In this document: one piece after another, positions 43,312-51,848 of the stretch | Numbering within the stretch: the stretch's first letter is position 1 | Layout: each line of letters starts with the position of its first letter | DNA from: an uncultured Candidatus Saccharibacteria bacterium | GTDB taxonomy: Bacteria; Patescibacteriota; Saccharimonadia; Saccharimonadales; Saccharimonadaceae | Reading direction: 5' to 3' | NCBI GenBank assembly: GCA_964485445.1 | Contig: CAZAJJ010000006.1 | Coordinates: 3,321-67,320 of the forward strand | DNA: 64,000 bases | Program-made: the position numbers and the translations under genes | The notes under the pieces: generated by a model | The model's database searches: none | What the model was told of the DNA's origin: nothing | What the model saw: only the letters and a program-made list of their open reading frames with translations

Positions 43312-45846
43312 TTAGATTTCCGCCTCGATAATCTCATCTGCCTCACTACGTGTAACGACAGTGTCAAATAGACCAATATTCTCATCGCCATCGTGGGCGG
43401 AGCGTCCGCCAGCATATTCAAGCGAAGCATCTTCGAAGCGCCGAAATTGAGCGATGGCGGCATTAAGTTCGGTTTGGTTGAACACGCCCACTTCACACAT
43501 TTGATCGAATTCTCGGATTGTAAGTCCGGTTACCCTAGTAAAAAGTTCTGGCTCAAGATTACGAATAACGTCAATGAGAGCTTGCTCACGGTAATCAGTC
43601 AGATACATAAATACTGGGATGCGTGTTACGAATTGCAACAACTTTTCTCGCAGCATCTTCTTAAAACCTTGACGTTCCTTTTTCTCTGCCTTCTCTTCTT
43701 CGGTTTCTTCTTTGGTGGCTTCGCGTCCTTCTTCGGCACGTTTTTTCTTTGATTCGTGAACGGCTTTCTCTCGGCTAATTACTTTGGTGAGATCGTTTTT
43801 CAAATTACGAAAGCCTTCGATTTTCTCTAGTGCAGCCATAATCTCTGGATTATTCATTACTTTTTCTAGGATGGCGGTCGTCGTATCGACCAATTTGGCG
43901 GACTGCCAGCGACGAGCAAGCATTGTAGATGCCGTGCCATAAGTAGAGATGTCAAGGATTTCCGTGGCTTTAAGCGGTCGCATTTTCGCACCATCAAAAC
44001 ATAATACTGGCAAGAACTCGATAAACTCTTCCAGTCGTTTTTCTGGTCGTCTGGTATCGCTCGGGCTATCAAGCGTGCCACTATAATCGGCAATGAGTTT
44101 TAATGCACGACTAGGAGCAAAGTCCATCACATAGCAAATTGGCTTCATCACGTTGCGACGCATCGGATCGTCAGCATCTTTCATTACCCACGGACTTTGA
44201 GCACGAAAAGCAGTCTGGAAATAAGTTTCGGGAAACTCGATGTTACGCAAGAACAATACGCCACTCCAAGCCGGCACGGTTACGCCGGTAGTTAGTTTGC
44301 CACACGAGAGTGTAATCGTGGCGGTCGTTATACCATCTTTGACGGCTTCAATTACTGGATCTTTAGCATGTTTGCCACCAGGAGTATCATTACCAGCAGC
44401 ACGAATAATCTTGTAATTATTAAAGAACGGGTCGAGTCGCAGTAATCTTTCCATCGCACGACACGCCGCTACATTAGGTAAAAACCAAAACGTATGCCTG
44501 AGAGCAGACAATAAACGAGCATCTTCATATGGCAGAGCGGGGGCGTGGTAGTCAAACTTGTTTTCCACTTCAATTTGTAGGTCGGAACCGTGTAGAATAT
44601 TAAGGAATTTCTGCACGTCTTTTTCGAGCTCGAACACATAGTCGCCATTAACATTTTTCTTGGCCCGGAAAAACTTATTCAGATCAAATTCATTAAACTC
44701 GCCCTTCATTGCCACTTCACGTAAGTTTTCTGGCATTTGATAAGTTAACATTACGATCTGCGGTAGCTCGCGGTAAGGATTATCGCCTTCGCCATTCCAG
44801 TGAAACTTTGCACGTTGTTCATCGGCATAAGTCCAGTTAAAGATCTGATCTTCGTTAAATTCACCATTTGCAATTGCCTTAAATGGCGTGCCAGAAAGAT
44901 AGAGGTATCCGCGAACTTTTAACGGCATCGTTTCCTCAATCTCATTTAGGTCGTCCGGCATTGCCATTTCGCCTTCTTTTTTATCGTCCTCGTCATGGAG
45001 TTCTTTGGCAGCATCTCGCCACGCCCCGAAGTGATATTCATCTACAAATAAGCAGTCCCATTCGATTTCTCGCATTTTCTTGTGGCGGTCTTTGAGCGTG
45101 CCATCGGTGTTTTTACAAAGCACATCTTGATAACTAGCAAACCAAACGACTGGCTTACTCTCGTCGATTCCGGCTTCTTCCCAAGACTGCAAGCCTTCGA
45201 TAAACTGCCAACCTTCAAAATCTTGATGTCCATAGAGGTCGGTTTTCCACTCTTGTTCTACTCCCGGCTTATAAGTTAATACTAAAATCCTATCCCAACC
45301 CATTTTCTTCGCCAATTGATAAGCGGTAAAAGTTTTACCGAAACGCATTTTGGCATTCCAGAGAAAACGCGGAGCATCTTTCGTTTCTTGCAAACCTTCA
45401 GGCAGTAAATGTTTCTCAAAATATTCCGAGGTCTGCTTAACCGCCAATTCCTGCTCTGGTCGTATTTTGAAATTCTTGCGAGTAGCATTGCCCTTTTCTG
45501 GTGTGCCGTCCTTAATGTTCTGGATGATAGATTTGACGGTTTCTAGGTCGGTATCATAAAACTCACCAGCCAGTTGCTGCTTACCGAAGTTCTTTAGCCA
45601 TTTATGGACGAGATGGTCGGTAAAATATTCACCATCTTTTGTGATTGCCGGTTCGTAATGCAGAATTTTGTATTGCTTGTTTGGGGTTTTAACCAAGCCT
45701 TCCTTAATTCTGGCTTCCACGGCATCAAAGTCGTTGCCAGACTTCATAACACGCTCGGTGTAACCGATTTTGAGACCAGGTTGCCCAGTGGCTTCGTAGA
45801 CATAAATTTGTGGACGCTTGGCGTAGCGGAGGGGGCTACTTTTCAT
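43312..45846 (-). CDS. T5orf172/GIY-YIG-like N-terminal domain fused to an SF2 (ResIII/DEAD-like) helicase; putative restriction/effector subunit
   Basis: N-terminus IYVYEATGQPGLKIGYT...EFYDTDLETV. Helicase motifs MRFGKTFT (I), FVDEYHFG (II), LSGTPFK (III). Long helical, K/E-rich C-terminal region. Confidence 0.75.
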   Translation of the reverse strand: MKSSPLRYAKRPQIYVYEATGQPGLKIGYTERVMKSGNDFDAVEARIKEGLVKTPNKQYKILHYEPAITKDGEYFTDHLVHKWLKNFGKQQLAGEFYDTDLETVKSIIQNIKDGTPEKGNATRKNFKIRPEQELAVKQTSEYFEKHLLPEGLQETKDAPRFLWNAKMRFGKTFTAYQLAKKMGWDRILVLTYKPGVEQEWKTDLYGHQDFEGWQFIEGLQSWEEAGIDESKPVVWFASYQDVLCKNTDGTLKDRHKKMREIEWDCLFVDEYHFGAWRDAAKELHDEDDKKEGEMAMPDDLNEIEETMPLKVRGYLYLSGTPFKAIANGEFNEDQIFNWTYADEQRAKFHWNGEGDNPYRELPQIVMLTYQMPENLREVAMKGEFNEFDLNKFFRAKKNVNGDYVFELEKDVQKFLNILHGSDLQIEVENKFDYHAPALPYEDARLLSALRHTFWFLPNVAACRAMERLLRLDPFFNNYKIIRAAGNDTPGGKHAKDPVIEAVKDGITTATITLSCGKLTTGVTVPAWSGVLFLRNIEFPETYFQTAFRAQSPWVMKDADDPMRRNVMKPICYVMDFAPSRALKLIADYSGTLDSPSDTRRPEKRLEEFIEFLPVLCFDGAKMRPLKATEILDISTYGTASTMLARRWQSAKLVDTTTAILEKVMNNPEIMAALEKIEGFRNLKNDLTKVISREKAVHESKKKRAEEGREATKEETEEEKAEKKERQGFKKMLREKLLQFVTRIPVFMYLTDYREQALIDVIRNLEPELFTRVTGLTIREFDQMCEVGVFNQTELNAAIAQFRRFEDASLEYAGGRSAHDGDENIGLFDTVVTRSEADEIIEAEI

Positions 45847-46381
45847 TCACCTCTCCATTATTCAGCCCACAGTTCAGTTTTATACGTTTAATCTCATTAA
45901 TAATTTCCTCGCTTTTTCCTGGCATAAATTTATCTAAGATCAGGGTTATTAAGGGCTGTATTAGATCTAGGACCACAACATACCCATTTGAACAAAAATG
46001 TATACGAGAATCAATTGCGTCAAGGTATGATTCTGGCTCATGATTTGGTATATTTCTATAATGCCCCTTCATGTTTAATATACGATCATAAGCGAGGTTT
46101 GTTATATTATATATGTCAGCTAATCGCGCTTCTTGTTCAGATGAGTTTTTAATTGCAATCATAAAACGATACGTTGCTCCCTCAATATCTTCAAATTGCG
46201 GAACGAGCACCGACAGTTCCTCTTCTACGTCGCCATAACTAATATAGAAATCTGAGACTAATTGATTCAGCATCCTCTTAAAAGACTCAAGGAAGTTTTC
46301 AAGAAGCATATCTTTTGCTTCATTGAAACTATAATCTATATTCTTTAATAATTCTGCGTACCCCATTGGAAGTGTATCCAT
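45836..46381 (-). CDS. Hypothetical 181-aa protein within the R-M-like operon
   Basis: 11-nt overlap with the downstream helicase gene and a 2-nt gap from the upstream MTase gene. No recognisable motif. Confidence 0.6.
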   Translation of the reverse strand: MDTLPMGYAELLKNIDYSFNEAKDMLLENFLESFKRMLNQLVSDFYISYGDVEEELSVLVPQFEDIEGATYRFMIAIKNSSEQEARLADIYNITNLAYDRILNMKGHYRNIPNHEPESYLDAIDSRIHFCSNGYVVVLDLIQPLITLILDKFMPGKSEEIINEIKRIKLNCGLNNGEVNEK

Positions 46382-46383
46382 AA

Positions 46384-47952
46384 CTACTCCATCTCCTTTA
46401 CCATTTGTTTAATAAAATTTTGTTCATCCTTATCTATAAAATAGCGTTTATATAACTTCTCGTCAGTCCAGATTTCCGTCATAGGTAATAGCGGAACGAA
46501 CGAATAGACTTTACTGGAGGCGTGCTGTGTATTCTTTTGGAGGGAGACGAGGAAGCGGAAAAACCTTGTGCGTATATATGCGGCGTAATTATTCGCTTGG
46601 TCGAGCGAATCGAATACACCAGCGACAACATAGGTAAATGTGCAAACGCTGCCAGGTTCGACAACTATTGGTTTTCCGATAACTTGCCACGGTTTCTTGC
46701 CAGCTCCGCCGTATGCCTCACTAACTAACACCTTATACTTATCAATCCACTGCTTGTTTGTTTGTGCTAGCGATCTTTGAATGTATCCAGTAGCTTTATT
46801 GGCATAAATTTTTATCTTATCTGGATTATTGATCTGATCAAAGTCCTTAAAATTGGTCGCAAAATTAAATGGGTTTATCCCCGACACAATGGTATCCACC
46901 GTCTTATCGTGCAGCCTACTCACCTTTTCAAGAATTTTGACAGCCTGATTGTATCGAACAAAAATATCATATGAATTGAGTGGACGTTCCATCGTTGGTA
47001 GTTCATTGCCGCCAGAAATGGTGTGAACTTCACAATTACCATTGTGATTTGCATCCCAAATGAAATACATCACACCGCCTTCGATCGATACTCCCGGGAA
47101 ACAATCTTCTGCATTCGGATAATCATACAAAACTTTAATATGCTTATCGTTTAACATTGTTTTTCTAAAATCTCCCAGACCCATACCGCCACTAAACCAA
47201 CGAGACGGGATAATAAACGCTATATATGTAGGCTTTAACCTTTTCGCCTGCTCTATGAAAAGATGGTAAATCGGGGCAGCCTGAGCCCCGTGTCCGCCAG
47301 TATTTAACTGGTAGGGTGGGTTGCCGACAATCACGTCGAATTTCATGTTTTTAGCCTCCTCTGGCGTTAAATGTATAAAGTTATATGCGTGGCGTTCCAA
47401 AGTCTCGTCTCGATCTAGTTCGCTATTTTCAGCGTTGCCACAGAAAATACACGAGCCATTCTTGTAAGTGTGCGGGCGATTATCGTAGGAAATATTGCCA
47501 TTCTCGCTAGTGAAGCCAGCGATAGATTTTTCGCCACTAGCATCCTTGGAGGTATAGAGGCTGCGGCGGCTCATCAGAGCGGTTAAATTGGTAATAGCAA
47601 TGCCGTAGAGCATATTCTGGAAGATATGATGTCGACGATCTTCTTCGTCCGGAAATTCGTCTCGTAGTCCTTCCATTAAACGCACGGCAATTTGGCGGAG
47701 AAAAATACCAGTCTTACACGCAGGATCGAGCCATTTTAAGTTTTTGTTGTGCCAAACCTCTTCTGGTAATAAATCCAAAACCTTATTTGCAAGTTCTGGC
47801 GGCGTAAATACTTCATCGTTGGACAGATTGGCAATGCAATCCAGAATGTCTGGCGTGTGCCTTTGGTTGATTAAGTTTTGCAATAGTGTAGAGTTATAGC
47901 CAAGGTTCGTTATGGCTTGTGCATCGTTCTGATCAGATTTTTCGTTATTCAT
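46384..47952 (-). CDS. N6-adenine DNA methyltransferase (gamma-class, Eco57I-like family)
   Basis: EVFTPPELANKVL (motif X), WLDPACKTGIFL (motif I), FDVIVGNPPYQ (motif IV). C-terminal target-recognition-like region. Confidence 0.85.
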   Translation of the reverse strand: MNNEKSDQNDAQAITNLGYNSTLLQNLINQRHTPDILDCIANLSNDEVFTPPELANKVLDLLPEEVWHNKNLKWLDPACKTGIFLRQIAVRLMEGLRDEFPDEEDRRHHIFQNMLYGIAITNLTALMSRRSLYTSKDASGEKSIAGFTSENGNISYDNRPHTYKNGSCIFCGNAENSELDRDETLERHAYNFIHLTPEEAKNMKFDVIVGNPPYQLNTGGHGAQAAPIYHLFIEQAKRLKPTYIAFIIPSRWFSGGMGLGDFRKTMLNDKHIKVLYDYPNAEDCFPGVSIEGGVMYFIWDANHNGNCEVHTISGGNELPTMERPLNSYDIFVRYNQAVKILEKVSRLHDKTVDTIVSGINPFNFATNFKDFDQINNPDKIKIYANKATGYIQRSLAQTNKQWIDKYKVLVSEAYGGAGKKPWQVIGKPIVVEPGSVCTFTYVVAGVFDSLDQANNYAAYIRTRFFRFLVSLQKNTQHASSKVYSFVPLLPMTEIWTDEKLYKRYFIDKDEQNFIKQMVKEME

Positions 47953-48641
47953 ATTTTCTCATCTCCAAATAAACTTTCCTGTCGTTTTTGCTTTACCTTC
48001 TCCGGCGGAGCAAAAGTATTTTTATCTGGGATTTTAATGGGCTGCATTTCCTCGAAACGCACTGGTGGCATTTCCGTTATAACTTTGTCGATGCTATTTT
48101 CCATATCAGTAAGAGCATAAACTCGACGCTTAAACCTGCCTTTTACTGGGGTTGAGTATTCGACAAAATACACCAGTTCTTTGCCGTTTAGCATATCGCC
48201 AACAATCAAGTTAGTTCGCAAGATTTCATCCATTGCCAGAAGAAAACCTTTACTAGATTTCTTTGGCAAATACTCAAAAACTACGCCGGTCAGGCGTTTG
48301 CGGCATTCCGTGATATTATCTTCGGCAATATCGACACCATAAATCGTAGACAAAACTTTCAGGACAGAAAACTCGCGGTTTTTGTGATGCCACTCAATTT
48401 TATCTTGTTTGAGATGATCGAGGCGTTGGCGTAAAATCGCTTCCAAAAAGTTGCCATTACCGCAGGCAGGCTCGAGAAAACGCCAATAGCGGTTTGAAGT
48501 CGCCCCAGTAAGTGCGAGAATATTATTCACTTCTCGCGGCTGCGTAAAAACTTCACCTCGGTCTCTAACCCTAGAACGAGATTTTATGCCAACAGGCGTT
48601 AAACCGGTATTCTTATTGACTTCTTTCATTATAGCGACCAT
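47949..48641 (-). CDS. Methyltransferase-like protein with SAM-binding motif I but no (D/N/S)PP(Y/F/W) catalytic motif
   Basis: GEVFTQPREV (motif X), FLEPACGNGNFL (motif I), IYGVDI. The position of motif IV reads NLIVGDMLNG. ATGA overlap with the downstream MTase gene. Confidence 0.65.
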   Translation of the reverse strand: MVAIMKEVNKNTGLTPVGIKSRSRVRDRGEVFTQPREVNNILALTGATSNRYWRFLEPACGNGNFLEAILRQRLDHLKQDKIEWHHKNREFSVLKVLSTIYGVDIAEDNITECRKRLTGVVFEYLPKKSSKGFLLAMDEILRTNLIVGDMLNGKELVYFVEYSTPVKGRFKRRVYALTDMENSIDKVITEMPPVRFEEMQPIKIPDKNTFAPPEKVKQKRQESLFGDEKI

Positions 48642-48892
48642 TGTTAGTGGTCGCTAATAAATAAAAAAGCGACCACATTCTGATCGCTACAATCATCAAT
48701 TCAAACCTCTTCAAAAAGCTTAAATTCTGCGAATGTGATCGCATCTTTTCGCTTTTTGAAGAACTGAATTGTTCTTCTGTTGAATGATAATTGTAGCAAT
48801 TTCATTATATCACAAGTTTAACCTATTGACTAGGGTATATAGAGTATAATATGCCAAGCTATGCTATAATATACTAAAGAAAGTTACAAAAA

Positions 48893-49351
48893 ATGTCGAA
48901 AAATAATAACTATAGCGATGGCTGGCAAGATGGATATTGGTTTGGCAGCGGATCAGCATATGACAGAGGCTACGAAGAAGGCAAACAAGCCGAGCGAAGC
49001 CGCATTAAGCGTGCAATAGATGGCGACTCTTCGGCAAGCGAAGCGTCAACTTTGGGTTCGATGGTTGGCGGATCGGTTATTTTAATACTTCTCGGGTGGT
49101 GTTTTATCGGACTGATTATGTTCTTATTCTGGGTTGGTGGCGAAAGCGGCAGCTGGTGGTTTCCGTGGATTTGGCGAATTGCGTTTTGGTGCGGAATTGG
49201 TTTTATAGTCGTAATGAGCATTGCTGGCGTGATTATGGCGATTATTGAACATAAAGAGATTAAATCTCCAGAAAAGTCAATAGGTGATCCGAATGCACCG
49301 TGGTATAAGAAATATCCGCCGGCGGATGTAGTGAAGAAGGAAGACGAATAG
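48893..49351 (+). CDS. Hypothetical membrane protein (152 aa)
   Basis: Three hydrophobic segrents rich in W/F/G. TGCTATAAT at 48862-48870 upstream. Confidence 0.55.
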   Translation: MSKNNNYSDGWQDGYWFGSGSAYDRGYEEGKQAERSRIKRAIDGDSSASEASTLGSMVGGSVILILLGWCFIGLIMFLFWVGGESGSWWFPWIWRIAFWCGIGFIVVMSIAGVIMAIIEHKEIKSPEKSIGDPNAPWYKKYPPADVVKKEDE

Positions 49352-49414
49352 GCGGGCTAGGAATTGCGAGAAAAACATAATGAAATGGATTTATGAAGGA
49401 TATTAAAGATGGAA

Positions 49415-49435
49415 AAGACCCCGCGAAGGGGTCTT
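49415..49435. terminator. Bidirectional terminator hairpin between convergent genes
   Basis: aagacccc-gcgaa-ggggtctt. Overlaps the stop codon of the 49434 gene. Confidence 0.6.
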
Positions 49436-50744
49436 ACTCTCGAGAAAGTTGATGAAGGGCAAAAAGTCCGAGAGGGAGAAAAATCAGTAGAGTACTAAGG
49501 GCGGAGTAGCGAATTTCGAAATCGGCAGCCCAGCCAATGAGTAGTGAAGCGGGAATATAGAGGAATTGACCAAGAACTTTGGCGAGCGAAATAATGGTTG
49601 TTTGCTCGGCAGGATCGGTTTCTTCTTGGACGAGTGGCAGCAGAGTGGCGCCGGTCCAACCGCAGATAATGCCCATGAGGCCATAAAAACTAATCGTAAA
49701 AAGATTAAGGCACAGAGAAAGTACTGAGGTGGAGAGCGTCATAAGCAGGAGTGGGACGAGAAAAATCTGACGGGCAGAAAGTCGCGGAGCAAAGCGCAGG
49801 GCGAGACGGGTACCCAGAATCCGGGCAATACTATCAAGAGCCCAAGCCAGCGACACGATCGGAAGCGGGACTCCGGCTAGCATGAGCATGGGAGTCAAAA
49901 ACCAGACGATACCATGCGTCATTTCTCGACCTACGGCATAGACTAAAAGTCGCGAACGAAGGCGAGGCTGACGAAAGGCAATTTTGACAATGCGGAAAAG
50001 ATCTTGGAGAGGGTTGTGACTACGAGATTCTAGTCTAACGCTGTCATCCGTAATAAAACAACCGACTAGACCACCGAGAAAATAAGGCAAACCAGTCGCA
50101 GCGATAGCCAAGCGAAAGTCAATAGCACCCAAAGGACCGCCAAGCAGAACCAGGAACAGCGTGCAACATTGTTGCCAAAAGGCAAGACGAGCGCTGTGGC
50201 GACGAAATTCGCTGGGTTCAGGAGTAATTTGACTAGAGAAATGCTTGAGCAAAGCATAATCGACGCCTTGGCTGAGCGAGAGAAAAATGCCCAGGCAACA
50301 TTCGCAAATCACAACTCCGAGAAAACTATGCACCGTAGAATACAGTAGATGACCGAGCGCGCAACCGAAATCGCCGATGACATTGAGCCATTTGCGACTA
50401 AAACGGTCGGCGAGCCAGCCCATGGGTAAATTAAGCAATGAAACAACGATAGTGAAAATTGCCTGAGAAAGACTGATTTCGACATTGCTGAGGCCAACAG
50501 AGTAGAAAAAGGGGGTCATAATCGACATGGCGATACTGCCGGCAGTGATACTGGATTCAAAGGTGACAAGACGGAGACCGCGGCGTGCGCGAGATTCCCT
50601 AGTGTGACGAGGTTGCAGATTTTCTCGGGATTGACAGAGTTGCGGGGTTTCTTGAGAATGCGGAGGTTTTTGATGCTGTGGAGATTTTCGGGGTGATAAG
50701 TTCGGCTGGGTTTTCTGAGTTTTTGGGATTTTTTGAAATTGCAT
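49434..50744 (-). CDS. MFS-type transporter with basic/Pro-rich N-terminal tail
   Basis: ~12 TM segments. ATG 50744 follows AAGGAAGGAA. ORF-track start 50789 has no SD. Confidence 0.7.
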   Translation of the reverse strand: MQFQKIPKTQKTQPNLSPRKSPQHQKPPHSQETPQLCQSRENLQPRHTRESRARRGLRLVTFESSITAGSIAMSIMTPFFYSVGLSNVEISLSQAIFTIVVSLLNLPMGWLADRFSRKWLNVIGDFGCALGHLLYSTVHSFLGVVICECCLGIFLSLSQGVDYALLKHFSSQITPEPSEFRRHSARLAFWQQCCTLFLVLLGGPLGAIDFRLAIAATGLPYFLGGLVGCFITDDSVRLESRSHNPLQDLFRIVKIAFRQPRLRSRLLVYAVGREMTHGIVWFLTPMLMLAGVPLPIVSLAWALDSIARILGTRLALRFAPRLSARQIFLVPLLLMTLSTSVLSLCLNLFTISFYGLMGIICGWTGATLLPLVQEETDPAEQTTIISLAKVLGQFLYIPASLLIGWAADFEIRYSALSTLLIFLPLGLFALHQLSRE

Positions 50745-51061
50745 AGAGATTCCTTCCTTTCTGAGAGTGTTAAGGTGCTTAAGTTGCATCAGGAAAATCC
50801 TGAATTAGCCGCTATACGGCTAGAAAAGACTCGAAGCAAAAGTCGGGGCTTGTCTAGAAAATGAAGATTTCCGCACAGAGATAAACCGCTGGCGGAAAAA
50901 TTAATTCAGAGAAAAGTGAAGTTGAATATAGACTGAGAAAAGTAGAGATTTTCCGCACAGATTTAGGATGAAAAACCTAGGCCGAAGCCGCGGAGATTCG
51001 CGACTGGCGCTGTATAATTCATCAAAAACTGGTGTGTGGATAAAATCTTACACATACTTCT

Positions 51062-51090
51062 ATTGTAGCACACCTTGTTCAAAAAGTCAA
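51062..51090 (-). promoter_or_regulatory. Consensus promoter (TTGACT-N17-TGCTACAAT) with ~310-nt leader to the MFS gene
   Basis: -35 at 51085-51090, -10 at 51062-51067, spacer 17 nt. Confidence 0.65.
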
Positions 51091-51249
51091 TGGCAAAATA
51101 AGGTTTCTAGGTATTTTGGGAAGATTTACTGGGTTTTCGGGGAGATGGAGAAAAGTGCAAAATCACTATTGCAAAAAAAAGCGGGATGCTGTATCATGGA
51201 GGTACAAAAGTCATGTATAAAAATTTAAAACAAAATAGGGAACACAAAA

Positions 51250-51846
51250 ATGGAAAGGAAGGTCAAAAAGGTTTTATTGGTCGCTGGGATGGTGACTAGT
51301 GCGATGGTGGCGATGTTGCCACTGACGAGTTATGCAGCGGTGACGGGGCCGGGATATGCTGGTGGTCATGAGTGCAATGACGCGCAGGCAGGCAACGAAT
51401 GTGCCAAAACTGAGGGGAATGAGATGGAAGTGCTGGTAAATGTGGCAGATCTGATCGAAATTGATGCGGCTTCCGGCGGGGATGTGATTCACGTTTCACC
51501 AGAAATGTCGCGAACTGGCGAATTGACAGCGCACGTGCGGAGCGCGAAACCCTACACGATTTCGCTGGCGGCTAAGGATAGCCCGGCGCTGGAAAACATT
51601 GAAGATAATTCTTTTGTGATCCCGGCAAGCGAAACGATTGAGGCCGGGAAGAGCGGTTGGGGGATTAAGAAGTTTAATGCTGATACCTACACGGCGCTGA
51701 GGCAAAATCCGGTAGTCTTCTACGAGGGGCCGGCGAATGATGAATTCACGACGACGGCTTTCGAGATTGGCGTGTCAGTAAGTTCAAAGATTCCGCAAGG
51801 AACGTATTCGACTGAGGTCGAGGTGACTGCGGCAGTTAAAGAGTAA
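51250..51846 (+). CDS. Secreted 198-aa surface protein, WxL-like candidate (third paralog)
   Basis: Signal peptide ...LPLTSYAA. SGWGIK and C-terminal PQGTYSTEVEVTAAV mirror the 677-1279 and 2464-3066 proteins. Confidence 0.75.
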   Translation: MERKVKKVLLVAGMVTSAMVAMLPLTSYAAVTGPGYAGGHECNDAQAGNECAKTEGNEMEVLVNVADLIEIDAASGGDVIHVSPEMSRTGELTAHVRSAKPYTISLAAKDSPALENIEDNSFVIPASETIEAGKSGWGIKKFNADTYTALRQNPVVFYEGPANDEFTTTAFEIGVSVSSKIPQGTYSTEVEVTAAVKE

Positions 51847-51848
51847 AA

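Larger units (their letters stand above)
42122..48892. other. AT-rich genomic island abutting the tRNA-Leu 3' end (defence-gene cluster)
   Basis: Composition is visibly more AT-rich than the flanks. Contains R-M-like and Abi-like genes. No integrase or tRNA-fragment direct repeat was found. Confidence 0.6.

Noticed and set aside
50968-51228. An 86-aa plus-strand ORF in the MFS / surface-gene intergenic region.
   Set aside because: It spans a minus-strand consensus promoter, has no SD, and has an odd Cys/Lys-rich composition. It is probably non-coding.
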